From a virus: a DNA stretch of 64,000 bases. The notes under the pieces were generated by a model. It was not told the origin of the DNA. It did no database searches and saw only the letters and a program-made list of their open reading frames with translations. The translations under genes and the position numbers were made by a program. The stretch spans positions 14,033 through 78,032 of the IMG/VR virus record IMGVR_UViG_3300032579_000531; one strand, given 5' to 3'. How positions within the stretch are numbered: position 1 is the first letter of the stretch; every line of letters begins with the position of its first letter. Shown here piece after piece: positions 35,896-45,902 of this stretch.

Positions 35896-36410
35896 TTATG
35901 CCCTGTTATTTGTAAGGTATATCTATCTTCTAAACCAATATTTGCTGCCATGTGCGGTGCATCATGCGTCCATTCAACTACATCACCGGCACGCCAATCT
36001 ACTACAGGTGCTCCCAAGGCTTCTAGGTAGTGCCCGGGCTTCCAATCTTCTAGTAGCACTAACGCACGACAAATCGTCTGCTCTTGCCCATGCAGATTAA
36101 ACACTTCAATATAACGTTTATATAGGTCTTGATGGACTGGCATTACTGTTCCTGTACGCATGCGATAGTAAGCAACTCCGATATCTTTCCATCCCATGCT
36201 CTCGTACAAATCAATGAACTTTTGATTCCACGTCGGTAATCGATGGCGCATGTCGCATAGCTCGCCGCAGATCTTGCCGGAGTAGCCCTGTGTTGTCCAT
36301 TGTTCAATACTTACTGGATCGTTAAACGGTTCTGTGATGTAGTCTAAGGTCTTAAACTCGTCGTCCCAGAACTTGTCTAACTTATACTTGGTTATTACGT
36401 GTGTTGCCAT
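35892..36410 (-). CDS. 2OG-Fe(II)/cupin hydroxylase-like protein
   Basis: PVHQD...H.A.N.G...R..LQITG (HxD...H). Confidence 0.7.
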   Translation of the reverse strand: MATHVITKYKLDKFWDDEFKTLDYITEPFNDPVSIEQWTTQGYSGKICGELCDMRHRLPTWNQKFIDLYESMGWKDIGVAYYRMRTGTVMPVHQDLYKRYIEVFNLHGQEQTICRALVLLEDWKPGHYLEALGAPVVDWRAGDVVEWTHDAPHMAANIGLEDRYTLQITGHK

Positions 36411-37605
36411 AATGGATAACCTTAATATTTCCTGTCTGTGGATACTTGCGCCATGGATCAATTATAACACTACCTTGTTCTATTCTGCAATATAAACTTT
36501 GATTATCTGTTACCCCGGCATAGCCATATGTAATTTGTTGATTGTGTGCTAACAATACACAGCCCATGATTGCGTCTGGTGTTGACTCTTCTGTTAAGGG
36601 ATCAATGTATGTAACAGTAATACCCATCTCTTGTAGGTAATAACCTACCAACAGGCTGTAACTACCTTCAAGGTATGCCACATTAGGCTTGTACGCTTTA
36701 CCGTGAATAAATACCGGCAAGCCCTCTCGATTATCGTAAATGTAACGAGCCATGTTCTTTGCCTGTTGCTCACGTGCTTTCATGATAGTATCAAACAAGT
36801 CGTAACCTAGATCTAACTCTTCGGCCAAGTAGCGCAATGCGATATTATCACGAGGGTGGCAAGGACCAGCATCGCCTAAACCTGCTGTCATATATTTTGG
36901 ACCCATGATACGCATTGTGCTATTAGCTAGTGCATCTGTTACTACGTCTACATTGATGTTGCCTTGTTTGATGGCAACGTCTTGAATCATATTTACTAGA
37001 CCAATCTTGGCACTAATAAACGTATTGTAAAACACTTTGATACATTCTGCTTCGTCCCACGTACCTACTACGTACCTCGGATTGTTTTCCATTATTGTAT
37101 TATAGAAGTCGGTCAATAAACGAGCATCGCCGGTCTCGCTACCATCTTCAGTACCAATGATAACCATCTCTGGGTTAACCATGTCCCATTCAACTGATCC
37201 CATTGCGATTAAGTATGGGTTATAAATGAAACGTGCGTTGGTAATATTGTTTTTAAGTTCTCGTCGTGTAGTGCCTGGAAGAACTGTGGAGATAAGAACT
37301 ACTAGTTGATTTGATGTTGCAAATTCATTTACTTGTTTAAGAACTGCGTTTACAATAGTGTAGTCAAAGTCTTTGTTCCGTAAATGAGTAATAGGTTGAT
37401 CGCCGCCGTAACTAGGATCGTGTGGTGTTTGGACAGCAATAAAGATTAGATCTTTACCTTCCACTGCTTGTTGCAAAGTGGATGCAATAGTTATTTTGTC
37501 GCTAGTTACTGGATAAATATCATATCCAGTTACGTTATGCTTAGTTGCCATAGTTTCAGCACAAGCCATTCCCAATTTACCAACCCCAATAAATCCTACA
37601 TTCAT
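36382..37605 (-). CDS. UDP-glucose/GDP-mannose dehydrogenase family
   Basis: GVGKLG, IAVQTP, STVLPGT, K.F.NT, GPCHPRD, G.AYKP. Confidence 0.9.
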   Translation of the reverse strand: MNVGFIGVGKLGMACAETMATKHNVTGYDIYPVTSDKITIASTLQQAVEGKDLIFIAVQTPHDPSYGGDQPITHLRNKDFDYTIVNAVLKQVNEFATSNQLVVLISTVLPGTTRRELKNNITNARFIYNPYLIAMGSVEWDMVNPEMVIIGTEDGSETGDARLLTDFYNTIMENNPRYVVGTWDEAECIKVFYNTFISAKIGLVNMIQDVAIKQGNINVDVVTDALANSTMRIMGPKYMTAGLGDAGPCHPRDNIALRYLAEELDLGYDLFDTIMKAREQQAKNMARYIYDNREGLPVFIHGKAYKPNVAYLEGSYSLLVGYYLQEMGITVTYIDPLTEESTPDAIMGCVLLAHNQQITYGYAGVTDNQSLYCRIEQGSVIIDPWRKYPQTGNIKVIHYGNTRNNQV

Positions 37606-37607
37606 AT

Positions 37608-38828
37608 ATGTTTTCCTTAGATAGATTCTATAATATACTTCATAATAATTTGATATCAAAATGTGCTAACGGCAAATCTATATACTTTTTTCCGTTCGGT
37701 ACATATGAAGACAAAGTTGTGTTGGCCAATAGCTTTAGCATCAATGACTACATAAACCCCATAAATGAAAAAGCCGATCGTCCGTTTTTTCAGTGCTATT
37801 TTGCTGACCAGGAACCGTATTATAATGAAACGTTTCCTATACTAAAAGATGCATTAATTCATCGAGATCATGTTATGCCAGATACTCGCATTAATATTTT
37901 GGCTAACAGTGAAAAATCCCAACTTAAAAATGATTTTGTAAAATCACAAAACTATTACGATTGGTATTATTTTTATCACGGATTTGTAGCATTAGATTGG
38001 TATAGGGATTTTCAGTATTTGACACCAGATTCATTTAATCGGTTTGATAAAGTATTTATATGTTACAACCATCTTATCTCAAAATATCGTTCCTATCGAT
38101 TGCACCTTGTTAGTAATCTTATAGATCATGATTTAATTAAGCATGGACGGGTTAGTTTATTTCTTGAAGATACACACGGTACGTGGGAAGAAGCTGTTTG
38201 GCATCCTGACACGCCGCTTGACACCCGTGCCCGTTTAAAAATATACAAGACATTACGCGGTGTAACTGACACATTAACAATAGATACTGTTACCCCCAAC
38301 GGTACATTGAGTGCTAATGTAAAATTTGATGATTTAACTAGTGCGTTATTCCATGTTGTTACGGAAACTGTTTACTTTCACGATAAACTACATTTAACCG
38401 AAAAGGTATTTAAGCCTATTGTTGCTAAAAGACCATTCTTCTTAGTAAGCACCCCGGGGAGCCTGGCATACTTAAAGAGCTACGGTTTTAAAACCTTTGA
38501 TCGTTGGATAGATGAAAGTTACGATACAGAACAAGATCATTATATACGCATAGAAAAAATCACAGAAGAAATAGCTCGATTATGTGCCATGGATCGCGGT
38601 GCATTAAAACAAATGCACTTGGAAATGCAAGAAATATTAGAATACAATTTTAATCATTTTTATAACAAGTTTAAAGATATTATAGTAGATGAGTTAGTTG
38701 ATAATTTTGAACACATACTTTGTCGGATCAACAATGGCCGACAACCTAATAATCATAGTAAGCATCATCAACGATTTGAACTTTCTCCAGAATACCTCCA
38801 GGATGTAAAAAAGCGCCTTAAGCAATAA
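37608..38828 (+). CDS. putative glycosyltransferase-like protein (TEKxxKPI family)
   Basis: HVVTET..HLTEKVFKPI..RPF...GFKTF..WIDESYD. Confidence 0.55.
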   Translation: MFSLDRFYNILHNNLISKCANGKSIYFFPFGTYEDKVVLANSFSINDYINPINEKADRPFFQCYFADQEPYYNETFPILKDALIHRDHVMPDTRINILANSEKSQLKNDFVKSQNYYDWYYFYHGFVALDWYRDFQYLTPDSFNRFDKVFICYNHLISKYRSYRLHLVSNLIDHDLIKHGRVSLFLEDTHGTWEEAVWHPDTPLDTRARLKIYKTLRGVTDTLTIDTVTPNGTLSANVKFDDLTSALFHVVTETVYFHDKLHLTEKVFKPIVAKRPFFLVSTPGSLAYLKSYGFKTFDRWIDESYDTEQDHYIRIEKITEEIARLCAMDRGALKQMHLEMQEILEYNFNHFYNKFKDIIVDELVDNFEHILCRINNGRQPNNHSKHHQRFELSPEYLQDVKKRLKQ

Positions 38829-38880
38829 ATACTTGTACATTAAAGAACAGCAACAAGCTGTCGAGATCGAGGAGCTATGT

Positions 38881-39162
38881 ATGGGTGAAATTTTTAAGAT
38901 TATTGGTGATTTGGGTTTTCCTGTTGCAGCGGCACTAGCTGGCGGGTACTTTGTATTCCTAACCATCAAACTATTACTAGGCGGTGTTCTTAGTAGTGTC
39001 AAGGGCATGGCCGGCATTATTACTGCCTTAGACAATCGTGTTAAAACGATGAACCACGATGTTATACGCATTGATACTGTAGTAAGTAACGCACTAGGTC
39101 TACGTCCTGATGTAGAACGTATTAGTCGTGCAGATGGCAAGACAGACGCAAGAAGAGATTAA
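38881..39162 (+). CDS. single-TM coiled-coil protein (GFP motif)
   Basis: GAGGAG RBS; MGEIFKIIGDLGFPVAAA...LDNRVKTMNHDVIRID. Confidence 0.75.
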   Translation: MGEIFKIIGDLGFPVAAALAGGYFVFLTIKLLLGGVLSSVKGMAGIITALDNRVKTMNHDVIRIDTVVSNALGLRPDVERISRADGKTDARRD

Positions 39163-39353
39163 TGAATTATATTGGTTACGATTTTAGTCTAACCGAACGT
39201 GGTATCGGATTAGATGACGAACTTGATATTGATAAATTGGGTTGGCATGCTGGAGACTATTTTCGATTAGAAAATGTCAATGGTCGTGTAATGTTGCGTA
39301 AAATAGATCCACTAGAAAAATTTCTAATAGACGGAGAATCAAAAAATGGGTGA
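39162..39353 (+). CDS. small AbrB-like protein
   Basis: LDIDKLGWHAGDYF...GRVMLRK. Confidence 0.5.
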   Translation: MNYIGYDFSLTERGIGLDDELDIDKLGWHAGDYFRLENVNGRVMLRKIDPLEKFLIDGESKNG

Positions 39354-39669
39354 AATAGCAGAATTAGTTAATAAGTATGGCTTTCCAATTGTCATGGCAA
39401 TCGGTATGGGTTATATTATTCATTATGTGTGGAAATGGGCAACAGTTGAAGTTAAGCCAGTGATTACAGATGCTAATACTGTGCTTATTGCTCTTATTGA
39501 TCGTATCCGTATGTTGGACAATGACTTGATTAGACTTAATCAAAAGGTTAATACTGTGCTACACCTACGCGGTAAAACAATTGAACACGAACGGGTCGAA
39601 GCTGAAGCAGAAATTAATAAATTAACCAAGTCAGATGACGACAAGGAAGCCGCAGGCGGCAATGGCTAA
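39346..39669 (+). CDS. single-TM coiled-coil protein, paralog of 38881-39162
   Basis: MGEIAELVNKYGFPIV...LIDRIRMLDNDLIRLN. Confidence 0.75.
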   Translation: MGEIAELVNKYGFPIVMAIGMGYIIHYVWKWATVEVKPVITDANTVLIALIDRIRMLDNDLIRLNQKVNTVLHLRGKTIEHERVEAEAEINKLTKSDDDKEAAGGNG

Positions 39670-39821
39670 TTAGGCTTGCAGATATTACCTTTAGATCCAT
39701 TTAAACTATAGACACTGATCCAACGGTCAAGTTCTGTGCCGTATTCAGCAAAACGGTATGGCAGGAAATAGATGTGTAATGCCCACCATACGTAACTATC
39801 CAACACTTTGTCTATAATCAT
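39666..39821 (-). CDS. small hypothetical protein
   Basis: ATGA overlap with the cyclase stop; MIIDKVLDSYVWW. Confidence 0.45.
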   Translation of the reverse strand: MIIDKVLDSYVWWALHIYFLPYRFAEYGTELDRWISVYSLNGSKGNICKPN

Positions 39822-41869
39822 TTTTCGTGTGCGATAAATTCGCCGTTCCAATTAGCAGGTAAGTCCTGTTGCTTCATGAACTCACAACGCTCTATCCAAA
39901 TCTTGTAGTACTTGTCCATTTGTCCGCCAAAGTTACCAACGAGCTTTTTACACATCGCGGCCGCTTCATCAAACTTCTTAGCCTTGTATAAGGCATGCAT
40001 AGCATTGTGTTGTTCTCGATCTTTTGTGTAGTCTGCACCCTTGGTACGTAGAACTGTGTAGATTAAGTCTGCTACAGTCTTACCTTTAGGTTGTAAGTTA
40101 TCTAGTAACAAGTAGAAGAAATCATCTTGAGTACGGTTATAAGTTTCTGCGCCAATAATACACAATACACCATAGGCTTTACAACGTGCTTCTAAGCGAG
40201 CAGCAGTTGATACGGAATCACCCAGAATATCGTAGCTATGTCTGTCAGTTGAGCCCATTTCACCAATAAAGCCAATACCTGTATTACAGCCCCAGCCCAT
40301 TGCAGCAGGTGGTAATCCTTGTGCTTCCATTAGTTTAGTATATTCATCTACAGCATCTAACATCTCAAGTCCTACCTTAACGATAGTACGTGCATGATTA
40401 GGATCTTCAATAGGAGCACCGAACATATACATTGAAGCATCTCCTACATATTTTAAGACCATACCGTTATTATCTAGCACCGGCTTGCTAATAGCGTCCA
40501 TATAGCCGTTCATATACCGGCCAAGACCGGCCACATCGTCGCCATAATGTTCACCAATCGGGGTAAACCCTCTAAGGTCGCTAAAAGCAACCGATACATC
40601 TTTTCGAACGCCTTGCTTTACAAGTTCGGGATTTTTCTGTAGCATCTCTACTACTTCCTTACTACAGTAACCAGCAAACTGTTTCTTAATTGCTTGCTTC
40701 TGTAAGAACTCGCTTACGAACTTCACCCCATAAGTATGGAGAGCAACCAGGACAAGACCACCAACCACCACAGTAATGTCAAACAGCCAAGCCCTACTCG
40801 AATACATATAATTAGAAAGAGGAATAGCCCCGCCAATAACGATAACTGCTGAAAGAATGCCAACATAAGTCCACCTTGAAAGAAAAATTAATAGAATACC
40901 CAGTGCAACAAAGCCTATGACTTCTGCACCCTCGGCCCAGTCTGGACGAGTAATAACAGGACGTGTCTTGTTAGCAATTACAGTACCCAGTACAGCCGCT
41001 TGTAAATCTTGTGGTAGCATTTCACCTAAACTTGTTGCAACAGGGTTAGCTAGTCCTTGTGCCGATACACCTACTATAACAATCTCACCTTCAAAGTCTC
41101 GAGGCAAGTCAGTTAAACTATAATGGTCTGGAGTCAATGACCAGTCAATCCATATACGTGACAAACTATCTGTAGCCACAATGCCTTGACTAGGTATACG
41201 CATCTTCTCTACACCGTTGTCATTTACTTTGATCTGTACAGTTGAATCGCCTCCGGCTACACGTAAAGTCTCCATTGCCAGGTTGGGATATAGTTGACCA
41301 TTGTATGCAACTACTAACGGCATACGACGTACAACACCGTCTACTTCAGGAAATGTATTTGTAATACCAACACCTGCGGCAGCGGATTCTACTTGCGGTA
41401 TATTAGCAATAATGCCAGGGAACTCTACAAACGCTTCTTGGTTGAAACTTCCAATGACCGCTGAACCTGGGGCTCGTGGATTGTTTCTAGTTGTTGCTCC
41501 TCCGACGCTAGGAAGAACTGTTGGGTATTGTTTAAGTGCTTGTACATAATCTTGGTCACGACCGAGGCGATCACGATCAGGAGTAAAAATATTGAAAACA
41601 ACAAGACCAGCATTCCGCTTATAAAGATCGGCGATAATGCGGCCATAGATATCTCGACTGAATGGAAATTGTCCATATTTTTCTAGTGCCTTTTCATCAA
41701 TGTTTACTACGCTAACCCCAATCGGTTCTGCTGTCTTGCTGGTTACTAGTGTATCAAAGTAACGTAGGCGAACACTTTCAACAAATGTAGGATCTGATAT
41801 ACGCAGAGCAGTTACAAGGGCTAGAGTTAATAAAGCAGTCCAGGGACTGGTTAGTATTTTTTTGAACAT
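39818..41869 (-). CDS. CHASE2-domain class III adenylate cyclase
   Basis: VVNIDEKAL..YGQFPFSR, DGVVRR, three TM helices, FSDLRGFT, KYVGD, GD.V..AARLE; ATG 4 nt after TAAATA. Confidence 0.93.
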   Translation of the reverse strand: MFKKILTSPWTALLTLALVTALRISDPTFVESVRLRYFDTLVTSKTAEPIGVSVVNIDEKALEKYGQFPFSRDIYGRIIADLYKRNAGLVVFNIFTPDRDRLGRDQDYVQALKQYPTVLPSVGGATTRNNPRAPGSAVIGSFNQEAFVEFPGIIANIPQVESAAAGVGITNTFPEVDGVVRRMPLVVAYNGQLYPNLAMETLRVAGGDSTVQIKVNDNGVEKMRIPSQGIVATDSLSRIWIDWSLTPDHYSLTDLPRDFEGEIVIVGVSAQGLANPVATSLGEMLPQDLQAAVLGTVIANKTRPVITRPDWAEGAEVIGFVALGILLIFLSRWTYVGILSAVIVIGGAIPLSNYMYSSRAWLFDITVVVGGLVLVALHTYGVKFVSEFLQKQAIKKQFAGYCSKEVVEMLQKNPELVKQGVRKDVSVAFSDLRGFTPIGEHYGDDVAGLGRYMNGYMDAISKPVLDNNGMVLKYVGDASMYMFGAPIEDPNHARTIVKVGLEMLDAVDEYTKLMEAQGLPPAAMGWGCNTGIGFIGEMGSTDRHSYDILGDSVSTAARLEARCKAYGVLCIIGAETYNRTQDDFFYLLLDNLQPKGKTVADLIYTVLRTKGADYTKDREQHNAMHALYKAKKFDEAAAMCKKLVGNFGGQMDKYYKIWIERCEFMKQQDLPANWNGEFIAHEK

Positions 41870-41876
41870 CAAGTAT

Positions 41877-42353
41877 TTATTTTATTTGAATTAGGTTATC
41901 TTTGAAAATACTCCAACATTCTTCCCAGGTCCAGTGTAGACTAGATTCTTTAACTTGTGCTCGATCTAGAGTTAAGCATTTACGAACAGCTTCTTCAAGA
42001 TCCCAATCCATACACCCGTTTACACCCGGCTCAATAATGTCTATAGGGCCTTGTACCGGAAATGCCGCTACTGGAGTTCCTTGTGCCATTGCTTCTATAA
42101 TAACTAAACCAAATGTATCTGCGCTACTTGGGAATACAAATACATCTGCTTGATTATAATAGTCTACTAGTTCTTGTCCTGATTTATACCCCACAAACTT
42201 AGCCCACGGTAACAATCTACGAGCATCTTTCATGTACGGCCCATCACCTACAATGACCAACGTATATTCTGTGGGATCTAATTCTGCTAAAGTTGCCAAC
42301 AAACTGCTGTATTTCAAAATAGCCGCCGCAGTCCTGTACATATAAACTAACAT
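41877..42353 (-). pseudogene. GT4 glycosyltransferase, C-terminal domain only
   Basis: IVGDGP, ADVFVFPS..DTFGLVIIEAMAQGTPV; N-terminal domain absent. Confidence 0.75.
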
Positions 42354-42404
42354 CGTCTAAATTTTCTTTATAATAGCGATATTTGTTTATGGTAAAGGAT
42401 ATCA

Positions 42405-44609
42405 TTAGTTACCCTGGCGAACAGTTATTGTGCCGCAGGTGGTATAACAAGTTTGTGTAACACTATAACTTTGTCCACCAGTTTGTGTTAAATTTACACT
42501 TGCTGGAGCACCGCTATTAACTAAAGATATTGACGCAGAGTTTGCGCCGCTTGCACCTGTATTTGATTGCGTTACTGTAGCAGAGTTGCTGTTACCTGTT
42601 GCACTAACACTGATATAACTGGCACTAGTTCCTGTTTGACTTGTTGTTACTGTATTGCTATTACCTGTTACACTGGCAAATAATTGATTGCGAGCTGTAC
42701 CTGTTTGTGTAATACCAACGGTGTTTAAGTTTCCATTAATAGTTACACTAGCAAACTGGCCAGCATTGGCAACAGTATTCTCTTGCACTACAGTCAAGTT
42801 ATTACCAGTACCATTGACATAATCATATTGATAGTGCCCACCTTGATCAAGTCCTGTTGCTGTGCCTGTGCTACTTGTACCTTGATTTAAATTAAGAGTG
42901 TTACTACCTCCTGCAGAATACAAGTCTATTAGGTTATTACCTGTATGTGCAGTAGGATCACCTTGGCGTACAGTTATATGATTACTGCCTCCAGTAATAA
43001 TTGCAGCAGTAGCAGTAGCACCATCTAATCTATTGCCTGCACCAACTTGCGTAATATTAATTGCGTCTCCATTACCAGTTTGGTTAATATAAATTACATT
43101 ATTAGTAAGTCCCGGCATAGTGACTGCGTTAACTTGATTCTGTTGTGCGGTAGTAATTGTACTAGAGCCACCCGACGTGGATGTGTTGATCAATGTAGCT
43201 GAGCCATTGTTGGCTGTAGTTGTGCTACCATCACTCCATGTTGTGGTTGTAATAGGTTGGCTATAGTAGCTAGTAGTACTACCACTGGTACTAGATGTTG
43301 TGATAACAGAGTTTGCTGTGCTTACTACAGTTGGAGCAGAGGAACCGCCGGTTCCGCCGGTCTGTCCAGCAGTTAGCGGAGTACTACTCATACCACCAGA
43401 TAATGTATTAGTTTGTGCGGCTGTTGGATTTTCTACTCCAGTGAAGGTAGCACCTTGTCCTGTTAATCCCAAGTTACCACTGAGCAATGTTCCATTGTAG
43501 TTACTATTAGTAAAGAACAAATACAAGTTACCATTACTAGCAGTACCTTCAACTAATATGCGCCCAGTACCCAATGCTCTAAATGATCCATCAGCATTAA
43601 CCAGAATCATAGTCCACGGATTAGTTGCACTATCACTTCCTGTATTAGGAATAAACGTAACATACTGAGTACTACCGATTGCTGTCCAGCTACCTGTTTC
43701 GTATGTGCCACCTGGGCTTGTGCTATATACCTGACATGTTGCGGTTTGTGTGCAAGCACTGACATTCCATTGCGTATCTGCTACTTGACTTGCACCAAAG
43801 TGTACTCCGGTAAATGCCGAGCTTGATAAGGTTGTTTGTGTTGCTGTACCAACTACTGTAGAAACTGCGCCATCGCTATAGGTTGTTGTAGTTGTAGGTG
43901 TTGTTACAGTTACTTGTTGATTGCCAATAATAACTGTACTGGTTGCAGTTGTTGTAGTAGTGCCTGTTACAGTAACTGCCGGAGCTCCGCCCACACCTTG
44001 TGTTGCCTGCGGAGTGACCATTGTAGTAAATCCAGCACTAGCACCAGGAGTACATGTAAAGATAGTTGTACCTGCGGCACATGCACCTGCATAGGTTCCT
44101 ACTTCAATACTGGGATTGCTACTGGCATTTGTTCCAGACAAGTAGAAACTGATATTGTATGTTGAGCCTGCGGTTACACTTATACTTTGATAGATACCGT
44201 CGTAACTACCAACTGCGCCATCGTACCATTGATAAGGACTCCAATACCCAGCAGCCGATGGTACTGTTCCGTTTTGATACCATACTCCCCAATCAGCTGG
44301 TGCTTGTATTCCCACAGAGGTTGATCCACCATATTGTAAGTTACCATTGGCTAATAAGTTAGTGGATGATCCCGACTTGGTAACTGCGGCATTGGTAAAT
44401 GTCCAGTAACCTGGATCCTGTCTAAAAGCAAAACCAATGTAGTCTGCACCGGTTGTGTTGGCTGTAAAACTATAATTGTACTGTATATTACCGCTAGAAT
44501 AATTTAATACCCCACCCAAGTATCCACTTGGAAGATTCTGTGCGTGTGCCTTGGGAGTACAGAATCCAACAAGGCTGGCGATAAGGATAGTGGCAAGTAT
44601 TTTAAACAT
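42405..44609 (-). CDS. secreted protein with C-terminal curlin-like repeats
   Basis: Signal peptide; Trp/Tyr-rich N-domain; Thr-rich linkers; QxGxxN repeats in the last ~230 aa. Confidence 0.8.
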   Translation of the reverse strand: MFKILATILIASLVGFCTPKAHAQNLPSGYLGGVLNYSSGNIQYNYSFTANTTGADYIGFAFRQDPGYWTFTNAAVTKSGSSTNLLANGNLQYGGSTSVGIQAPADWGVWYQNGTVPSAAGYWSPYQWYDGAVGSYDGIYQSISVTAGSTYNISFYLSGTNASSNPSIEVGTYAGACAAGTTIFTCTPGASAGFTTMVTPQATQGVGGAPAVTVTGTTTTTATSTVIIGNQQVTVTTPTTTTTYSDGAVSTVVGTATQTTLSSSAFTGVHFGASQVADTQWNVSACTQTATCQVYSTSPGGTYETGSWTAIGSTQYVTFIPNTGSDSATNPWTMILVNADGSFRALGTGRILVEGTASNGNLYLFFTNSNYNGTLLSGNLGLTGQGATFTGVENPTAAQTNTLSGGMSSTPLTAGQTGGTGGSSAPTVVSTANSVITTSSTSGSTTSYYSQPITTTTWSDGSTTTANNGSATLINTSTSGGSSTITTAQQNQVNAVTMPGLTNNVIYINQTGNGDAINITQVGAGNRLDGATATAAIITGGSNHITVRQGDPTAHTGNNLIDLYSAGGSNTLNLNQGTSSTGTATGLDQGGHYQYDYVNGTGNNLTVVQENTVANAGQFASVTINGNLNTVGITQTGTARNQLFASVTGNSNTVTTSQTGTSASYISVSATGNSNSATVTQSNTGASGANSASISLVNSGAPASVNLTQTGGQSYSVTQTCYTTCGTITVRQGN

Positions 44610-44610
44610 A

Positions 44611-45747
44611 TTAATTCTGCTTGGTTGTTATAAAGGTATTGCCACCGGCATTGATTCTGTTGGTGATGGTTACATTACCACTCTGTGTCTGTACAATAGT
44701 AGAATTTTGACCTTTAGGAGTTGTAACACAACTTGTATTACTATTAGCATCACTGCGACATAACTGTACACTGATTGCATCTACAGTAGCTTCTACCCCC
44801 GATGATTTTCTATAATCGGGAAGCAATTGATTCTTGGGTGCGGCTAACAAGTTACCAAATTCTGCAGCAAGTTGATCATTCATTATTTGTAACATGCTTT
44901 CAAGGAAGTCCTGATCTAATAGATTACGTTGTAGTGCATTGGTATAAACTTGATTATTTTCTGCAACCAATACACTACTTAGATCAACACCCTTAAGAAA
45001 ATCTTGACTAAGTGCCGATTCAGCTGGCAACTTTTCTGCTTGTTGGCGTTGCTGAGCAGTTTTAATTTCTTGCGGTGGTGCCAGGATTAACATATTTCCA
45101 ATAGCATCTTCAGTTAAGTGTAAGGTAACAGGCCTTGTGGGTGCTACATTACGTGCGGATACTTTAGTTGCCTGGAATGCTTGATCTAATGTTACAGTAC
45201 CGGCGTCATTCATAACATCAATTTTACCAGTCACACAATAACGTTCAATCTCATCGGGCAACATATTTTTACGTGGACAGCTTGGCAATAGAATAAATGT
45301 GCTGGAACCTAGCTCATCAACTGTAGCAGTAAAATCAGTACCGCGAACAGCAACGGTAGCAGTAGGAGTGTTGATAGCCACCTTATTAGGATTGTTATGA
45401 GCAATCGCCCCTGATGCGTAGCGGACTGTACCACTAGCCATGTTAAGAGCAAGTTTGCCAGCATCTTTATTTTTTGGATCATACACGAATTCGTCAATGA
45501 CCAGTTTGGAGTTTTCATTCACTTGCACCTTAGTGTCATCGGCAAACACAATACCAACCTTGCCTTGCTTGGTAGTAATGGCGTCAGCCATATCAACACC
45601 GGTACCTTTACTACCAGTAAGTGTTGTTTTTGCTCGTTGTATTTGCGGAGGATTGTTTACTTGTTCTGTGATTGTGCCAATGGCAGCATGAGCGGAAATA
45701 GACAACAATAATGTTGCCCAAATTAATCGTCTTGTTGCTTGAACCAT
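44611..45747 (-). CDS. FecR-domain secreted protein
   Basis: F.DDT.V.V.ENS.L.ID, TPTATVAVRGTDF. Confidence 0.88.
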   Translation of the reverse strand: MVQATRRLIWATLLLSISAHAAIGTITEQVNNPPQIQRAKTTLTGSKGTGVDMADAITTKQGKVGIVFADDTKVQVNENSKLVIDEFVYDPKNKDAGKLALNMASGTVRYASGAIAHNNPNKVAINTPTATVAVRGTDFTATVDELGSSTFILLPSCPRKNMLPDEIERYCVTGKIDVMNDAGTVTLDQAFQATKVSARNVAPTRPVTLHLTEDAIGNMLILAPPQEIKTAQQRQQAEKLPAESALSQDFLKGVDLSSVLVAENNQVYTNALQRNLLDQDFLESMLQIMNDQLAAEFGNLLAAPKNQLLPDYRKSSGVEATVDAISVQLCRSDANSNTSCVTTPKGQNSTIVQTQSGNVTITNRINAGGNTFITTKQN

Positions 45748-45899
45748 ACACATCGTTGTAAGTCTCTCATTAATTGATCTTTTGGCGTACCAGTAAGTCT
45801 GTGCGCCAGCTCTATAAAATCTACGGCTCTACTAGCCACATTAGACTGACCATCGCTCCACTGTTGATATACTGTGTTTAAGAAGCGAAGGTCTGTCAT
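45723..45899 (-). CDS. small hypothetical protein (58 aa)
   Basis: Not in ORF track; MTDLRFLNTVYQQWSDG...WFKQQDD fills the gap after the curlin gene. Confidence 0.55.
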   Translation of the reverse strand: MTDLRFLNTVYQQWSDGQSNVASRAVDFIELAHRLTGTPKDQLMRDLQRCVWFKQQDD

Positions 45900-45902
45900 A
45901 TA

